64,000 nt of DNA from Nitrososphaeraceae archaeon (GTDB lineage Archaea; Thermoproteota; Nitrososphaeria; Nitrososphaerales; Nitrososphaeraceae), in the NCBI GenBank assembly GCA_044870765.1, contig JBIOZG010000012.1, positions 32,001 through 96,000 on the forward strand. The letters run 5' to 3'. Of this stretch, positions 1 to 10,688 are shown piece by piece; position 1 is the stretch's first letter; each line of letters opens with the position of its first letter. The translations under genes were made by a program, and so were the position numbers. The notes under the pieces were generated by a model that was given only the letters and a program-made list of their open reading frames with translations, searched no databases and was not told where the DNA came from.

Positions 1-599
1 AATGTAAGTTGCTCCTTGTACAACTGAGGACTTTGTGCCAAGTATGCTTTCTTTGAGAAATACTCAAAATCAAAAAGATCCGCACCTCCCTCAGTCGCAC
101 TTCCTATTATCTTGGGCGTATTAACTTCTATGAACATTCTTGAATACAGGAATTTGCGAATCAAAGAAAGGACATATGATCTGATTCTGAAAATATTGGA
201 AATCCTATAGTTCCTCAAATCGAGGGCCCTGCAGTCCAGTCGATTATCCATTAATGATTTTACCCTTCCTGTTGGATCAATCGGAAGTGGATTCACTGCC
301 TTCGACAGGATTTTTATTTTTTCTACCTTTACCTCAACCTTAAAATTCTCCGCCCTAGTCTCTTGTATGGTTCCTTTTATCAGAATAATACTTTGCCTTT
401 GTACTTCCCTAAACTCAGATAACATTTCCCCAATAACTACACCCTGAAAATTTCCAGTCATGTCTCTGACTGTAATGAAACCGATTTTTCCCATGTCTCT
501 AAAGTCTTCAAGCCATCCAACTAGGCTTACGTTTTTTCCAATGTGGTCTCTACTGAGTGTTGAAGAAAATATTCTGTCCCTAATGTCGACTTGTTGCAT
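1..599 (-). CDS. aspS: Aspartyl-tRNA synthetase (archaeal type), 5' part; runs off the window edge
   Basis: Manual translation from ATG at 599 gives MQQVDIRDRIFSSTLSRDHIGKNVSLVGWLEDFRDMGKIGFITVRDMTGNFQ (OB-fold), then DNRLDCRALDLR, INTPKIIGSATEGGADLF and LAQSPQLYKEQL. Confidence 0.93.
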   Translation of the reverse strand, partial: MQQVDIRDRIFSSTLSRDHIGKNVSLVGWLEDFRDMGKIGFITVRDMTGNFQGVVIGEMLSEFREVQRQSIILIKGTIQETRAENFKVEVKVEKIKILSKAVNPLPIDPTGRVKSLMDNRLDCRALDLRNYRISNIFRIRSYVLSLIRKFLYSRMFIEVNTPKIIGSATEGGADLFDFEYFSKKAYLAQSPQLYKEQLT

Positions 600-603
600 G
601 GTA

Positions 604-1113
604 TTACTTTCCTGCAATCTCTACTACAAGTTCTATTTTTCTTACGGCGTTCACAATTCTTTTTATCTTCTCGATTATGCTAATGAATTTTTCATAATCT
701 TTACTCTCTATGGTAACTTGTGTTACCTGATTTCCGTCAGGCAGCCAAATCATGTTGGTTTTCAAGAGTCTGATAGGAAAGAAGAGATTTTCAAGAAACC
801 TTCTTATCGAGCTATTTGCTTCGACGAACCATACTTTTCCTTTAAATACTTCTTCAACTGAACTTAGAAGTTTATCATTTGAGTTTATGTGACTTACATT
901 TGAGTCCTTCAATATTAGTACATAGTCTTCATCTATTTTTTGAGATCCAATTAAATTCAATTTATCTATATCTTGATTCTTATGCGAGAGTTTGATAAGT
1001 TTGATAGAGCATTCTACATCAACATCAGATAGCTCCCCATTTTTCAATCGACTTTCACATTTTGGGCATAAAACACCCGTCTTGGCATCAAATGTGCAAA
1101 TGGGTACTTTCAA
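604..1113 (-). CDS. Archaeal NusA-like KH-domain protein with N-terminal Cys motif
   Basis: Start MKVPICTFDAKTGVLCPKCE is typical of the TACK NusA-like family; co-oriented with aspS, 4 nt gap. Confidence 0.75.
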   Translation of the reverse strand: MKVPICTFDAKTGVLCPKCESRLKNGELSDVDVECSIKLIKLSHKNQDIDKLNLIGSQKIDEDYVLILKDSNVSHINSNDKLLSSVEEVFKGKVWFVEANSSIRRFLENLFFPIRLLKTNMIWLPDGNQVTQVTIESKDYEKFISIIEKIKRIVNAVRKIELVVEIAGK

Positions 1114-1224
1114 ATTTCGACAGTTTGTCTAATATTTTTACCATATATATGTCCAATAGTCCAATTAAGCATAAAAGATTAGGTGAAATAGATACTTATA
1201 CGGTTAAGATCGATAAGAAATTGT

Positions 1225-2172
1225 TTGGATTTTGCTCTTTCAGTAAATAGTTTAAGAGTCTACTATTTTTCGCAATTTGGTACGGTTAAGGCCGTTGATG
1301 ACGTTTCATTTACTGTTGGAAAAAATGAATCGATAGGAATCGTTGGTGAGTCCGGATGTGGAAAGAGTACGCTTGGAACAGCACTTCTGCGATCGGTCCC
1401 ATATCCGGGTAGGATTGTTAGTGGTCAAATTATGCTTGGAGGACAGGACATTACAGGAATGACAGAAGAGGAATTTGACAATAAAGTGAGATGGAAGAAA
1501 ATATCTATGATTTTTCAGGGAGCGCTTAATTCCTTAGATCCTGTCTTTACAATAGGATCACAAATGAAAGAAATTTTGAAGCAGCATGGTTACTCTAGGG
1601 ACCAATCTGAAACAATCCAAAATTCTTTGAGCAGTGTTCTATTAGACCCAAGTGTCATGAAAAAATATCCTCATGAATTGAGTGGTGGTATGAAGCAAAG
1701 AGTTTCCATTGCAATGGCTTTGTTACTGAACCCGGAGATATTGATTGCGGATGAACCAACTACTTCTCTGGATGTCATGGTTCAGTCCCAAATTATCAAT
1801 TTATTAAAAAGACTAAAGACAGATCGAAATATGTCTATCGTATTCATATCCCATGATCTGGGTGTTATCTCAGAAGTCTCAGAAATTATTGCTATAATGT
1901 ACAGAGGTCAAATAGTTGAATTAGGAAAAGCGCATGAAGTCTACAAGAATCCAAAACATCCATACACTGAAAAACTTGTTTCATCAATTCCAAGCATAAA
2001 AAATAGAGAGAATAAATTACAAAATCCTAGCGAAAAATCAGCAGATACCCTTGGAAGTGAAATAGGATGTAAATTCTATGACGCCTGTCCTTATGCAAAA
2101 GAGACTTGTCGAAAGGATCCTCCCGTAATAAAACATAAGAATGGATTTGTACGTTGCTGGTTATTTGAATAG
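1225..2172 (+). CDS. Oligopeptide/dipeptide ABC transporter ATP-binding protein (OppD/DppD-like)
   Basis: GESGCGKST, LSGGMKQRV, DEPTT, HPYT and a C-terminal Cys cluster (C..C..C..C). Confidence 0.93.
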   Translation: MDFALSVNSLRVYYFSQFGTVKAVDDVSFTVGKNESIGIVGESGCGKSTLGTALLRSVPYPGRIVSGQIMLGGQDITGMTEEEFDNKVRWKKISMIFQGALNSLDPVFTIGSQMKEILKQHGYSRDQSETIQNSLSSVLLDPSVMKKYPHELSGGMKQRVSIAMALLLNPEILIADEPTTSLDVMVQSQIINLLKRLKTDRNMSIVFISHDLGVISEVSEIIAIMYRGQIVELGKAHEVYKNPKHPYTEKLVSSIPSIKNRENKLQNPSEKSADTLGSEIGCKFYDACPYAKETCRKDPPVIKHKNGFVRCWLFE

Positions 2173-2291
2173 GTCATTGCATAATTTTGGTGCATCGCTA
2201 CTTACCTTGCTTTGCACTTTGTTACCTGAAGTTTCATGTTAAAACAAATCATAAGAATTTTAAACTACACCTATTTAATAGTCTACGGAAT

Positions 2292-3380
2292 ATGAAAATC
2301 ACACTCTCAGCTATTAAGGCTGATATCGGAGCCATAGGTGGCCATACTAAACCCAGTGACGAACTAATAGAAGCGGTTAAAAAAGTGGTAAAGGACAACT
2401 CGAAATTATTATTAGATTATTATTTAGGTTATACCGGAGATGATATACACATTATTATGACACATACCAAAGGAACAGATAACAAGGAAATCCATAAGAT
2501 GGCATGGGATGCATTCACTGAAGGTACTAAAATTGCCAAAGAACAGGGCTTGTATGGTGCAGGACAAGACTTACTAAAAGATGCCTTTTCGGGAAATGTT
2601 AGAGGGATGGGTCCAGGAGTAGCTGAGCTGGATATAGAAGAGAGACCTAGTGAAGTTTTCTGTGTGTTTGCCGCCGATAAGACAGAACCAGGTGCTTTTA
2701 ATTTCCCCTTATGGAGAATGTTTGTAGATGCCAGAAGCAGTACCGGATTATTGATAAACGAAAAATTAGCAGAAGGAGTTAAGTTTAGAATAATGGATGT
2801 TATGACAGGAAAAATCGCAGGTCTGAAATTATGGCAAGACAAGCCAGAATTAGAAGCAGCCTTGATGTATCCCGGTCGATATGTTGTGCACTCCATTCTT
2901 ACTTCAGACGGTGAGCAGATTGTTTCTGCATCAACTGACAGATTACACAATATTGCTGGAACCTATGTAGGTAAAGACGATCCTATTGCCATAGTAAGAA
3001 CTCAGAAAAACTTTCCTGCCACAGAAGAAGCTGGTAGTGCATTCAATGACCCTCATTACGTTGCTGGGAACACTAGAGGAAGTCACCATATGCCTTTGAT
3101 GCCAGTGAAGCTCAATTCTGCAGCAAGTTTAAACTACGCTATTCCAATCGTGTCATGCCTCGTATTTAGCATGCACAATGGACTTTTGACTGGACCCCAT
3201 GACGGTTTCGGTACCGCCGATTGGGACCTTCAAAGACTTTGGGCTTCGGAGAGAGCAATGATTATGCGAAATCAAGGATTTATTCATCCCGCTACACTCG
3301 TTCCAGAAGAACTGGAATATAACAAGGGTTATGAAGCTAGGATAAAAAAATTAAATAGCAAGTTTGAAGACCTCACCTAA
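2292..3380 (+). CDS. fbp: Bifunctional fructose-1,6-bisphosphate aldolase/phosphatase
   Basis: Likely start MKITLSAIKADIGAIGGHT at ATG 2292; motifs GLYGAGQDLL, ADKTEPGAFN, YVGKDDP, RGSH. Confidence 0.96.
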   Translation: MKITLSAIKADIGAIGGHTKPSDELIEAVKKVVKDNSKLLLDYYLGYTGDDIHIIMTHTKGTDNKEIHKMAWDAFTEGTKIAKEQGLYGAGQDLLKDAFSGNVRGMGPGVAELDIEERPSEVFCVFAADKTEPGAFNFPLWRMFVDARSSTGLLINEKLAEGVKFRIMDVMTGKIAGLKLWQDKPELEAALMYPGRYVVHSILTSDGEQIVSASTDRLHNIAGTYVGKDDPIAIVRTQKNFPATEEAGSAFNDPHYVAGNTRGSHHMPLMPVKLNSAASLNYAIPIVSCLVFSMHNGLLTGPHDGFGTADWDLQRLWASERAMIMRNQGFIHPATLVPEELEYNKGYEARIKKLNSKFEDLT

Positions 3381-3388
3381 ATTTTAAT

Positions 3389-4063
3389 ATGATAATTTTT
3401 GACAAGCCATTAATAATTAATCTCAAAAATTATAACGAGATATCTGGAGAGAATTCATTAAAGATAGTTGAAGATGCGAAGAAAGTCTGCCTATCGAATC
3501 ACAAGAACATCATTATTGCTCCACCGCCGTCAAGTTTATTGGCATTATCTAAACAAGGTTTGCCCATTGTAAGTCAGCACGTAGACGATTCGACCATAGG
3601 AGCAACTACAGGCTTTATTATACCTGAAATCTTGAAATCTTATGGCGCTGTTGGTTCTATTATTAACCATAGCGAGCATAAAATAGAACATTCACAAGTC
3701 AAAAATCTAGTTAAACGCTTACGTGATCTGGATATGATTTCAATTGTATGCGCTGACGATATGGACGAAGTCGAGGCAATTTCACGATTTTCGCCGGATT
3801 ACCTTGCAATAGAACCACCGGAGCTCATAGGAAAAGGAATAGCAGTGTCTAAAGCAAATCCATCAATTATAAGGGATTCTGTACGACTAGTAAAGCAGAT
3901 TTCTTCTGCAGTTAGAGTCCTTTGTGGAGCAGGTATCGTCGACAAGAATGATATAGAAAAAGCCTTAGAGCTAGGTTCCGAAGGTATTTTAATTTCTAGC
4001 GGAGTGGTAAAAGCCCCTTCGTGGTATAACAAAATTCTAGAGTTATCTTCAGTTTTAAAATAA
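3389..4063 (+). CDS. tpiA: Triosephosphate isomerase (archaeal type)
   Basis: INLKNY, NHSEH, AIEPPELIG, LCGAGI; operonic with fbp. Confidence 0.95.
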   Translation: MIIFDKPLIINLKNYNEISGENSLKIVEDAKKVCLSNHKNIIIAPPPSSLLALSKQGLPIVSQHVDDSTIGATTGFIIPEILKSYGAVGSIINHSEHKIEHSQVKNLVKRLRDLDMISIVCADDMDEVEAISRFSPDYLAIEPPELIGKGIAVSKANPSIIRDSVRLVKQISSAVRVLCGAGIVDKNDIEKALELGSEGILISSGVVKAPSWYNKILELSSVLK

Positions 4064-4094
4064 ATTTAGGAAATAAAGTTGGAGGAAATGTTCT

Positions 4095-4355
4095 TTATAC
4101 GCCTATTTCCTTTGCTATTTTTACTATTTTCTTGCCATCGGTAGTTAATTTGTTGAAGACTTTGTTTTTAACAGTCTTTCGATCAACTAATCCACGTTTT
4201 TGTGCCTTAAGCAGTAGTTTGTGTCCATAACCATAGGCACCCAACTTTGTCAAAAGTTCTCTAGTTGGATATTCTCTTCCCGAACCAATGGTCTTCAGTA
4301 ACTTTACCAATGCCTTTTCCTCAACAAGGATTTTTAACAGTCTTGTGTCTTTCAT
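4095..4355 (-). CDS. Small basic winged-helix-like protein
   Basis: 86 aa, Lys-rich; GLVDR...LTTDGKK resembles a wHTH wing. Confidence 0.6.
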   Translation of the reverse strand: MKDTRLLKILVEEKALVKLLKTIGSGREYPTRELLTKLGAYGYGHKLLLKAQKRGLVDRKTVKNKVFNKLTTDGKKIVKIAKEIGV

Positions 4356-5022
4356 CGCATACTAAGTTAGATACCTAATTATATAATTGTTACACTTTAC
4401 TAGATAAAAATACCGTACCTAGGACTTTTGAATCTGTAAACCAAGGCAAGCATTCGAAGAGTTTAGACTTATTTGTGTCACTAAGTTATAAACGTTCTAT
4501 TTAATCATACGTTTATATTGTAGGTAAAGTAATTACTGGAGATATTCAAGGATTCAAATCTATTTAAATCCTAAAAACAATATTAAATTGATGAGAGTTT
4601 GATATCATAACAGCACCAAAAATATGGCGGATCCCAAAAAATAGTAATGGAAAGAACGGTACTCTACAACGACCCATACTAATTTTGATCTTGGGGTAAA
4701 AACATCAGCTTTGCTTTTACTGGAATTTGAATGGATAATACAGAGTCATCTGTGTATATATTAGTAAGAAATTTGGCTAAACTGTACTAATCCTTAAAAT
4801 TTAGTAGAGATCTACAAAATAGGCATGATTAATTGAGTCTTCTTACTAAACTAAACATTTATAGATTCTTATTTAAGAAAGAAAAATAGGATTTTGCCAC
4901 GGATTTCTACTATAATCCATAATTTTTATTCCTTTTCTAATTTAATATGTATTATGCGAGTATTCTCTGATTTCTAGAAAAACTATTGATAATAAAAGAA
5001 TCAACTTAATCTAAGATTAGAG

Positions 5023-5976
5023 ATGGCTTTAGATGATAGCAAGCAAATTCAAAATCGAAAAACTCCGGAAACTAATGCAACTGGTAGGATACAATGCAAT
5101 CAGTGTCAAAATTACTCTTTAGTTTTAGATGTACTCTCAAGTGAATATGTTTGTAGTACATGCGGATGTGTATCTACCGAAAAAATTTACAATAATGAGA
5201 TACCATATTTCGAAAAAGGGGAATATAAAGATAAATCTAGACTAGGTATGCCAGAATCACTAACGATAAGTCACAAAGGACTTTCTACATTAATTGGACT
5301 GAATGACACCGATGGAAGAGGTAAAATGTTGGATCCGGTGCAAAAAGAAACGATCCAGAGATTAAGAACATGGAATAACAGATCCCAGCTTAATGATTCG
5401 ATTTCAAGGAACCTGGATAAAGCTTTAAAATATCTCAATAATTTCGGTGATAAACTTTATCTGAGTCCAGCTGTTATGGAAAATGCGGCATACATATATC
5501 GGAAAGCCGCTATCAAAAAGCTAGCAAAAGGTAGATCTACAGTTTCACTTGTTGCAGCCTCTATTTATGCAGCTTGCAGGGAGATATCAATACCAAAAAC
5601 AATATCCGACATAGCCTTTGTATGCAATATTCCAAGTAAGGAAATCATGTCACACTACAAATTGATCCTCAAAGAACTATCGTTAAAGATTCCTGTTATT
5701 CAAGGTATCGATTATGTAACACTAATATCAAATAGATTGAGATTGGCTGAAAAAACAAAGAGGGAAGCGATCAGAATATTTTCTTTGGTGCAACACAGTA
5801 GAATTTCAATTGGAAAAAACCCACGTGCATTCGCCGGAGCTATAATATATATTGCTTCACAGGAATGTAATGAATTCTTGCGACAAGTTGAAGTATGCCA
5901 GGTTGCAGATATTTCTACAGTTTCTTTGAGAAAAAGGTGTAAGGAAATAAAATTCATCCTCGATAGTCAGCAATAG
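5023..5976 (+). CDS. tfb: Transcription initiation factor IIB (TFB) paralogue
   Basis: Zn ribbon CNQC...CSTCG, B-reader/linker (HKGLST, RLRTW), two cyclin repeats (KGRS..AASIYAACR; GKNP..AGAIIYIA). Confidence 0.93.
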   Translation: MALDDSKQIQNRKTPETNATGRIQCNQCQNYSLVLDVLSSEYVCSTCGCVSTEKIYNNEIPYFEKGEYKDKSRLGMPESLTISHKGLSTLIGLNDTDGRGKMLDPVQKETIQRLRTWNNRSQLNDSISRNLDKALKYLNNFGDKLYLSPAVMENAAYIYRKAAIKKLAKGRSTVSLVAASIYAACREISIPKTISDIAFVCNIPSKEIMSHYKLILKELSLKIPVIQGIDYVTLISNRLRLAEKTKREAIRIFSLVQHSRISIGKNPRAFAGAIIYIASQECNEFLRQVEVCQVADISTVSLRKRCKEIKFILDSQQ

Positions 5977-6108
5977 AATACCGTGAAAGGGGTCAATTTT
6001 TTCTCAGTTTTATCTTAATTAGTTGAGCAAAGCAATATTTACCGAATAACCATCTTAAATCGAATCAAAAGTGTTATAATATCTATCAAACAAAATTAAT
6101 AATTAATA

Positions 6109-6384
6109 ATGCTTCCTGAAAGGTGCTCCATATCGGTCAAAGGGCGAGCATGTGCACTCCCCCCTTCTCTAATCGTTTCCATAATATCTGGAGATGAAGA
6201 GTATATGATAGGCTTAGCTTGCAGCGAACATGTTATGCTTATGAAGACTAGAGCCCTTTCAATGCAGAATTCGGGAGAATTAGGTATGGGAAAAATAAAA
6301 TTTCAAAAAATAAAGCCTGTGATGACCGATTGTGTTCTTAATCAAAAAAATATAGACCACAAAGGTAATTGTCTTCAAGAATAG
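6109..6384 (+). CDS. Hypothetical protein with Cys/His residues
   Basis: ATG start behind an AT-rich TATA-like region; C-x7-C...C-x2-H pattern. Confidence 0.6.
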   Translation: MLPERCSISVKGRACALPPSLIVSIISGDEEYMIGLACSEHVMLMKTRALSMQNSGELGMGKIKFQKIKPVMTDCVLNQKNIDHKGNCLQE

Positions 6385-6567
6385 TAATCGCGTAATTTTT
6401 TAGAGCAGAATTTAATTAAATAATCATTAAATTTATTTTATGGAACAAGAATTGAATGTAAAAGTACAATAGATGGTTATTCTAATTTTTGTAGTCGAAT
6501 CTTGACATTTATGTTTCTATTTAATAGTTTCACTCCAGTTATATTGTATACCTTCAGTTAATGGACA

Positions 6568-6876
6568 ATGAAAAATAGAAGCAAGTACGGAGTCATAGCA
6601 GCGATATTAAGATCTGCAACGAGAGAAGAGACACGAACTAAGATAATGTACAAGGCAATGCTAAGTAATGATCAATGTAGAAACTATATAGATTCCCTTT
6701 TGAATTTTGGGCTCATAATGGAACATGATAATGGAGCAAAGATGGTCTATAAGGTTACAAATAAAGGAACTACATTTCTAGATTACTACGAACAGATGAT
6801 GCATTTGTTACCAATGTCACTGGAAGAGAACTCTGAGGAAGATCCTTACAATATAAAATTACAAAACATGATTTAA
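6568..6876 (+). CDS. Winged helix-turn-helix transcriptional regulator (archaeal HTH_45/ArnR1-like)
   Basis: RSK..IAAIL...TRTKIMYKAMLS...L...GLI...YKVTNKG..FL pattern. Confidence 0.85.
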   Translation: MKNRSKYGVIAAILRSATREETRTKIMYKAMLSNDQCRNYIDSLLNFGLIMEHDNGAKMVYKVTNKGTTFLDYYEQMMHLLPMSLEENSEEDPYNIKLQNMI

Positions 6877-8238
6877 TTGGATCTGTGGAACTGAACTTGC
6901 GATATATGCCCCGAATAGAGCGGTGGATGGAATTGAACATTTTAAGAAAAGAGTTCCACCCTTTAGTATAAATCTTAAATAAATGTCTGACTCAGCATAA
7001 TATTTTTCTAAATTAACATTTGAATTTAGAATTAGGATTGATAGTTCAAACTTCTTTCTAACAAATTCACAAAGCTCTTCAATATCAGAACGTGTTGAAA
7101 TGATATTATCTAAGGATTTTGTTTGAATTAAAGTGATTAATTTTTCATTTTCTGGAAGTCCTGAGATTAATTTGGAGAGATATTTGTAATAATTATCTTT
7201 TTGTTTTATTCCATTTTGAGGATATTTTTCACTCGAGGCGTGTTTTTCTATGGTATATAATTTGCCGTTGTTCTGAATATTTAGTCTGTACTTTTGCGTT
7301 AACTCATTTTTGATAGTAGTGTCTAAAAGTAAGCTGTAATGTCTCCTAAAAAAATTGTTTAACAAATCATTTACAAATAACAGTATTATGTCGTTTGACA
7401 AAATGCTGTCTTTTTCAATTGTTATCAATCCATTTCGTGGTAAAGTACCTCCAATGTGATTGTCGAGATCGTGATATCCTGTCTGCAATATGTGCTTGGG
7501 AGAATTTACCACGTTTGGTATCTTATCTTTCATATTATTACACCTAAATTCTCTAGGGTCATAACTCCCAAAACATCGCAGAAACCTATCTTTTAGAGTA
7601 AAGTAATAGATGGACCTCTTGACTGGAACACCTCTTAATTTTTTAAGAAATAAACTCCTAATTCGAGTTTCATCTATAAATTCGTAGTTTAATTCTACAA
7701 CCCCGTCTACAATAGATTCCAAACTAGATTCCGTTGATTCCTCACTTGTAAAAATCAACTTTGCCTTAGCTCTCTCTCTCCAAGTTTGGAGCACTCTTTC
7801 ATTGTTTAGCCGCGCTTCTCTATCCATTAATGAAGCAACAGAATCCCAGCTGTCAATTATTATTACAGGATTCTTTACGTCCATTAACTGGTTGGTTACC
7901 CTTTCAAATAGCGATTCAGGTTCATCCAGACGAGCATCCTCAAATGATGAAATATTCTGTCCAATTTCCTCCTTGTCAATATCCTTGTTCGATTGTTTGG
8001 TGAATTTTCGCAACCATGGATAGTGTTCAAATAATTGTTTTGGGGACGACCGAGTAGAAATATAGAAAAAATTGTTCCTTGCCTTCAACGAACAGAGAAT
8101 ACTTAGAGAAAGAGTTGTTTTGCCTGTCCCCGATCTGCCCTTAATAAGTAAGGAATAGGTATCGTTTCTCACAAATTCTCGAAGTTCATGGGGGATGTCT
8201 AAAAAACTATAATTGGTTCTATTAACTATACTAACCAT
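6859..8238 (-). CDS. GvpD-like / RAD55-KaiC superfamily P-loop ATPase
   Basis: Walker A GRSGTGKTT, Walker B IIIDSWD, VDGVVEL, LKKLRG, then a degenerate second domain starting TGYHDLD. Confidence 0.82.
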   Translation of the reverse strand: MVSIVNRTNYSFLDIPHELREFVRNDTYSLLIKGRSGTGKTTLSLSILCSLKARNNFFYISTRSSPKQLFEHYPWLRKFTKQSNKDIDKEEIGQNISSFEDARLDEPESLFERVTNQLMDVKNPVIIIDSWDSVASLMDREARLNNERVLQTWRERAKAKLIFTSEESTESSLESIVDGVVELNYEFIDETRIRSLFLKKLRGVPVKRSIYYFTLKDRFLRCFGSYDPREFRCNNMKDKIPNVVNSPKHILQTGYHDLDNHIGGTLPRNGLITIEKDSILSNDIILLFVNDLLNNFFRRHYSLLLDTTIKNELTQKYRLNIQNNGKLYTIEKHASSEKYPQNGIKQKDNYYKYLSKLISGLPENEKLITLIQTKSLDNIISTRSDIEELCEFVRKKFELSILILNSNVNLEKYYAESDIYLRFILKGGTLFLKCSIPSTALFGAYIASSVPQIQLNHVL

Positions 8239-8542
8239 AGCTGTTCTTCATCGATTTGACATTACTGACACTTATAGATATTTAATAAATCGCCTAGATT
8301 GTTATTCTTAATTCTTACAAAATCATCACAAATACCCATATATAACAAGAATACTGCTTTCAAAAGTAACCACAATCCGTAGAACTTTAAAAATGCTTCA
8401 AGTATTCTCATATTTTTTTCGTATACCTTCTTTTGGGTATTTTTTGTGACTATCGTGTCGACGCGTATACCAAAATAATGCTAAATTAAGTCATACTTGA
8501 GTCTTCAATACTTTAAAATACAGTATACTATTGATTTTGACC

Positions 8543-10030
8543 ATGGTTATTATTGAGCCTGAAAATAATTTTTCATCTTTGAAAACACAACTTTTGGTAA
8601 ATTATGTCTTCACCAATGATGTTTCATCGCTATCACTCTCAAAAGTTACGCCAGATTTTGATCCTATTATTGGAGAAATTATTGAGTCTAAAGAATTCAC
8701 TGCTAAAGATGGAACAATGTGCATTATTCATAACAAGGTAGGATCGGATATCAAGCGTGTTTTACTATTAGGAATGGGAAACAGAGAGAATTTGGATACT
8801 GAAAAAACTAGAAATTTGACCGGAAAAGTGGTCAATAAAGCAAAAGAATTGGCGATAAGCGAGTTTGTGTTAGCTACATTTGATGAAATGGATGAAGATC
8901 ATCTGTCAGCTATTGTGGAAGGAATCAAATTATCGGACTATTCATTTAGTAACTACAAGAAAGATGAAGACAAATTTGAGCTAAATCAAGTTAGGATCTT
9001 GACTAGAGTGGACTTGGCCAGCAATCAGAAAGTTATTCAACGTTCGTCGATTATATCTGACGCGGTAATCCTCACCCGCGATATTAGCAATTTACCCCCC
9101 AATGATTGCTCGCCAAAAGACTTGGCAAATTTCGCAGGTAAATTGTCGACAAACAAAAAGACAAAGGTGAGAGTCATCGACGAACAAGAATTAGAAGCAA
9201 ATGGATTTGGTGGTATTATGGCCGTAGGTAAAGGAAGTACCAATTCTCCCAAACTAATAGTAATAGAATACTCTGGTTCACCACAAGACGAAAAGCCTGT
9301 AGTGATTGTAGGAAAAGCTGTAACATTTGATACTGGAGGTATTTCGATTAAACCACCTGATAAAATGGAAGAAATGAAATTTGACAAATGTGGCGGTTGC
9401 AATGTTATAGGGATTATGAAAGCTGTGTCGGATCTAGACCTCGATAAGAATGTAATAGGGTTAATACCTGCTGTTGAGAACATGCCATCTGGAAGCTCCT
9501 ATAGACCAGGCGACATAATCAAGATGTATAACACAAAAACGGTAGAAGTGTTAAACACCGATGCAGAGGGAAGAATAATCCTAGGAGATGCTCTCGCATT
9601 TGCAGTAAAAACCTTCTCACCAAGAGTCATAATCGATATGGCGACGTTGACGGGAGCTGCCATTATTGCTCTTGGTTCAAACGTTGCTGCACTTGTCGGT
9701 AATAACGAAGAACTGGTAACGAAAATCCTTGAATACTCAAACAAGACTGGTGAAAAAATTTGGGAACTGCCACTTTTTGAAGACCACAAAGAACAACTAA
9801 AGAGCTCAAATGCAGACATAAAGAATATCGGAGGTCGATCTGCAGGAGCCATCACTGCTGCAGCATTCTTGTCCCACTTTGTTGATGACACTCCTTGGGC
9901 GCACTTGGACATTGCTGGCACTGCTTGGAATCAAGAGGGCACTAGGGAAAAAACATATAATCCTAAAGGAGCTACTGGTTTTGGGATCAGAACTATTGTA
10001 AAATACATTGCGAGCTACAAGGTGCATTAA
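8543..10030 (+). CDS. pepA: Leucyl aminopeptidase (M17)
   Basis: GKAVTFDTGG, MKFDKCG, NTDAEGR, ATLTGA, WAHLDIAG; ATG at 8543. Confidence 0.96.
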   Translation: MVIIEPENNFSSLKTQLLVNYVFTNDVSSLSLSKVTPDFDPIIGEIIESKEFTAKDGTMCIIHNKVGSDIKRVLLLGMGNRENLDTEKTRNLTGKVVNKAKELAISEFVLATFDEMDEDHLSAIVEGIKLSDYSFSNYKKDEDKFELNQVRILTRVDLASNQKVIQRSSIISDAVILTRDISNLPPNDCSPKDLANFAGKLSTNKKTKVRVIDEQELEANGFGGIMAVGKGSTNSPKLIVIEYSGSPQDEKPVVIVGKAVTFDTGGISIKPPDKMEEMKFDKCGGCNVIGIMKAVSDLDLDKNVIGLIPAVENMPSGSSYRPGDIIKMYNTKTVEVLNTDAEGRIILGDALAFAVKTFSPRVIIDMATLTGAAIIALGSNVAALVGNNEELVTKILEYSNKTGEKIWELPLFEDHKEQLKSSNADIKNIGGRSAGAITAAAFLSHFVDDTPWAHLDIAGTAWNQEGTREKTYNPKGATGFGIRTIVKYIASYKVH

Positions 10031-10050
10031 ATATCTACTGATATGCAGCC

Positions 10051-10650
10051 GTGTACCTAACAATGTTGGTTTATTTGCCAATTCTTCAAATTAAAGAAAT
10101 AATTGATTTGTTAGGTCTAGACGAGATAAAGTGCAGAATAGGAAAATTCGATTCTGATATACCTGCATTGTTCAAACCGTACTACGAAAAATGGTTAGCA
10201 AATAGAGATGGTTTTATTCTAATGCTTTCTGGAGGTATTGATTATATTGGTTCTGAAGACGTTGTAAGAATGGGCCCTTTCCACAATATCTATTGTCTTG
10301 TACAAAATCAGTATCTAGTTGAAAATGACCTTAACCACCAAAATTTATTGAATTGTAAACTCTGGTACAGTTTAGCTGATGGGATAGTAAAGCAGGCAGG
10401 GTGGAGTGGAAGCATTTTGGCTGAAAGATTGACAAAAGATGAGCGTATCAGCAAATTCTTATTTCAAAACTTAAAGTCTGATGTTACAAGAACTATTTCA
10501 GTTCGTGTCGTCAACCTTGCCTGTCTAATAGAATGTAGAATATGGCACCCTAGAGAATTTGTCTTACTTTACGAAATTTTAGATCGCATTGCCCTGAATA
10601 TACAAGATTTGCTTGGGGACGTGCATGTAGGAGAAAAAATCAACCGATGA
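10051..10650 (+). CDS. Hypothetical protein
   Basis: 199-aa ORF directly downstream of pepA in the same orientation; no recognisable motif. Confidence 0.65.
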   Translation: MYLTMLVYLPILQIKEIIDLLGLDEIKCRIGKFDSDIPALFKPYYEKWLANRDGFILMLSGGIDYIGSEDVVRMGPFHNIYCLVQNQYLVENDLNHQNLLNCKLWYSLADGIVKQAGWSGSILAERLTKDERISKFLFQNLKSDVTRTISVRVVNLACLIECRIWHPREFVLLYEILDRIALNIQDLLGDVHVGEKINR

Positions 10651-10688
10651 TTTACATTTAATATTAAATCCTAAACAATGTTTTAAAA

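Noticed and set aside
460-861. 133-aa plus-strand ORF
   Set aside because: Antisense to aspS and the NusA-like gene.
6859-8238. Gas vesicle gene cluster
   Set aside because: Only a GvpD-like ATPase is present; no gvpA or other structural genes in the window.
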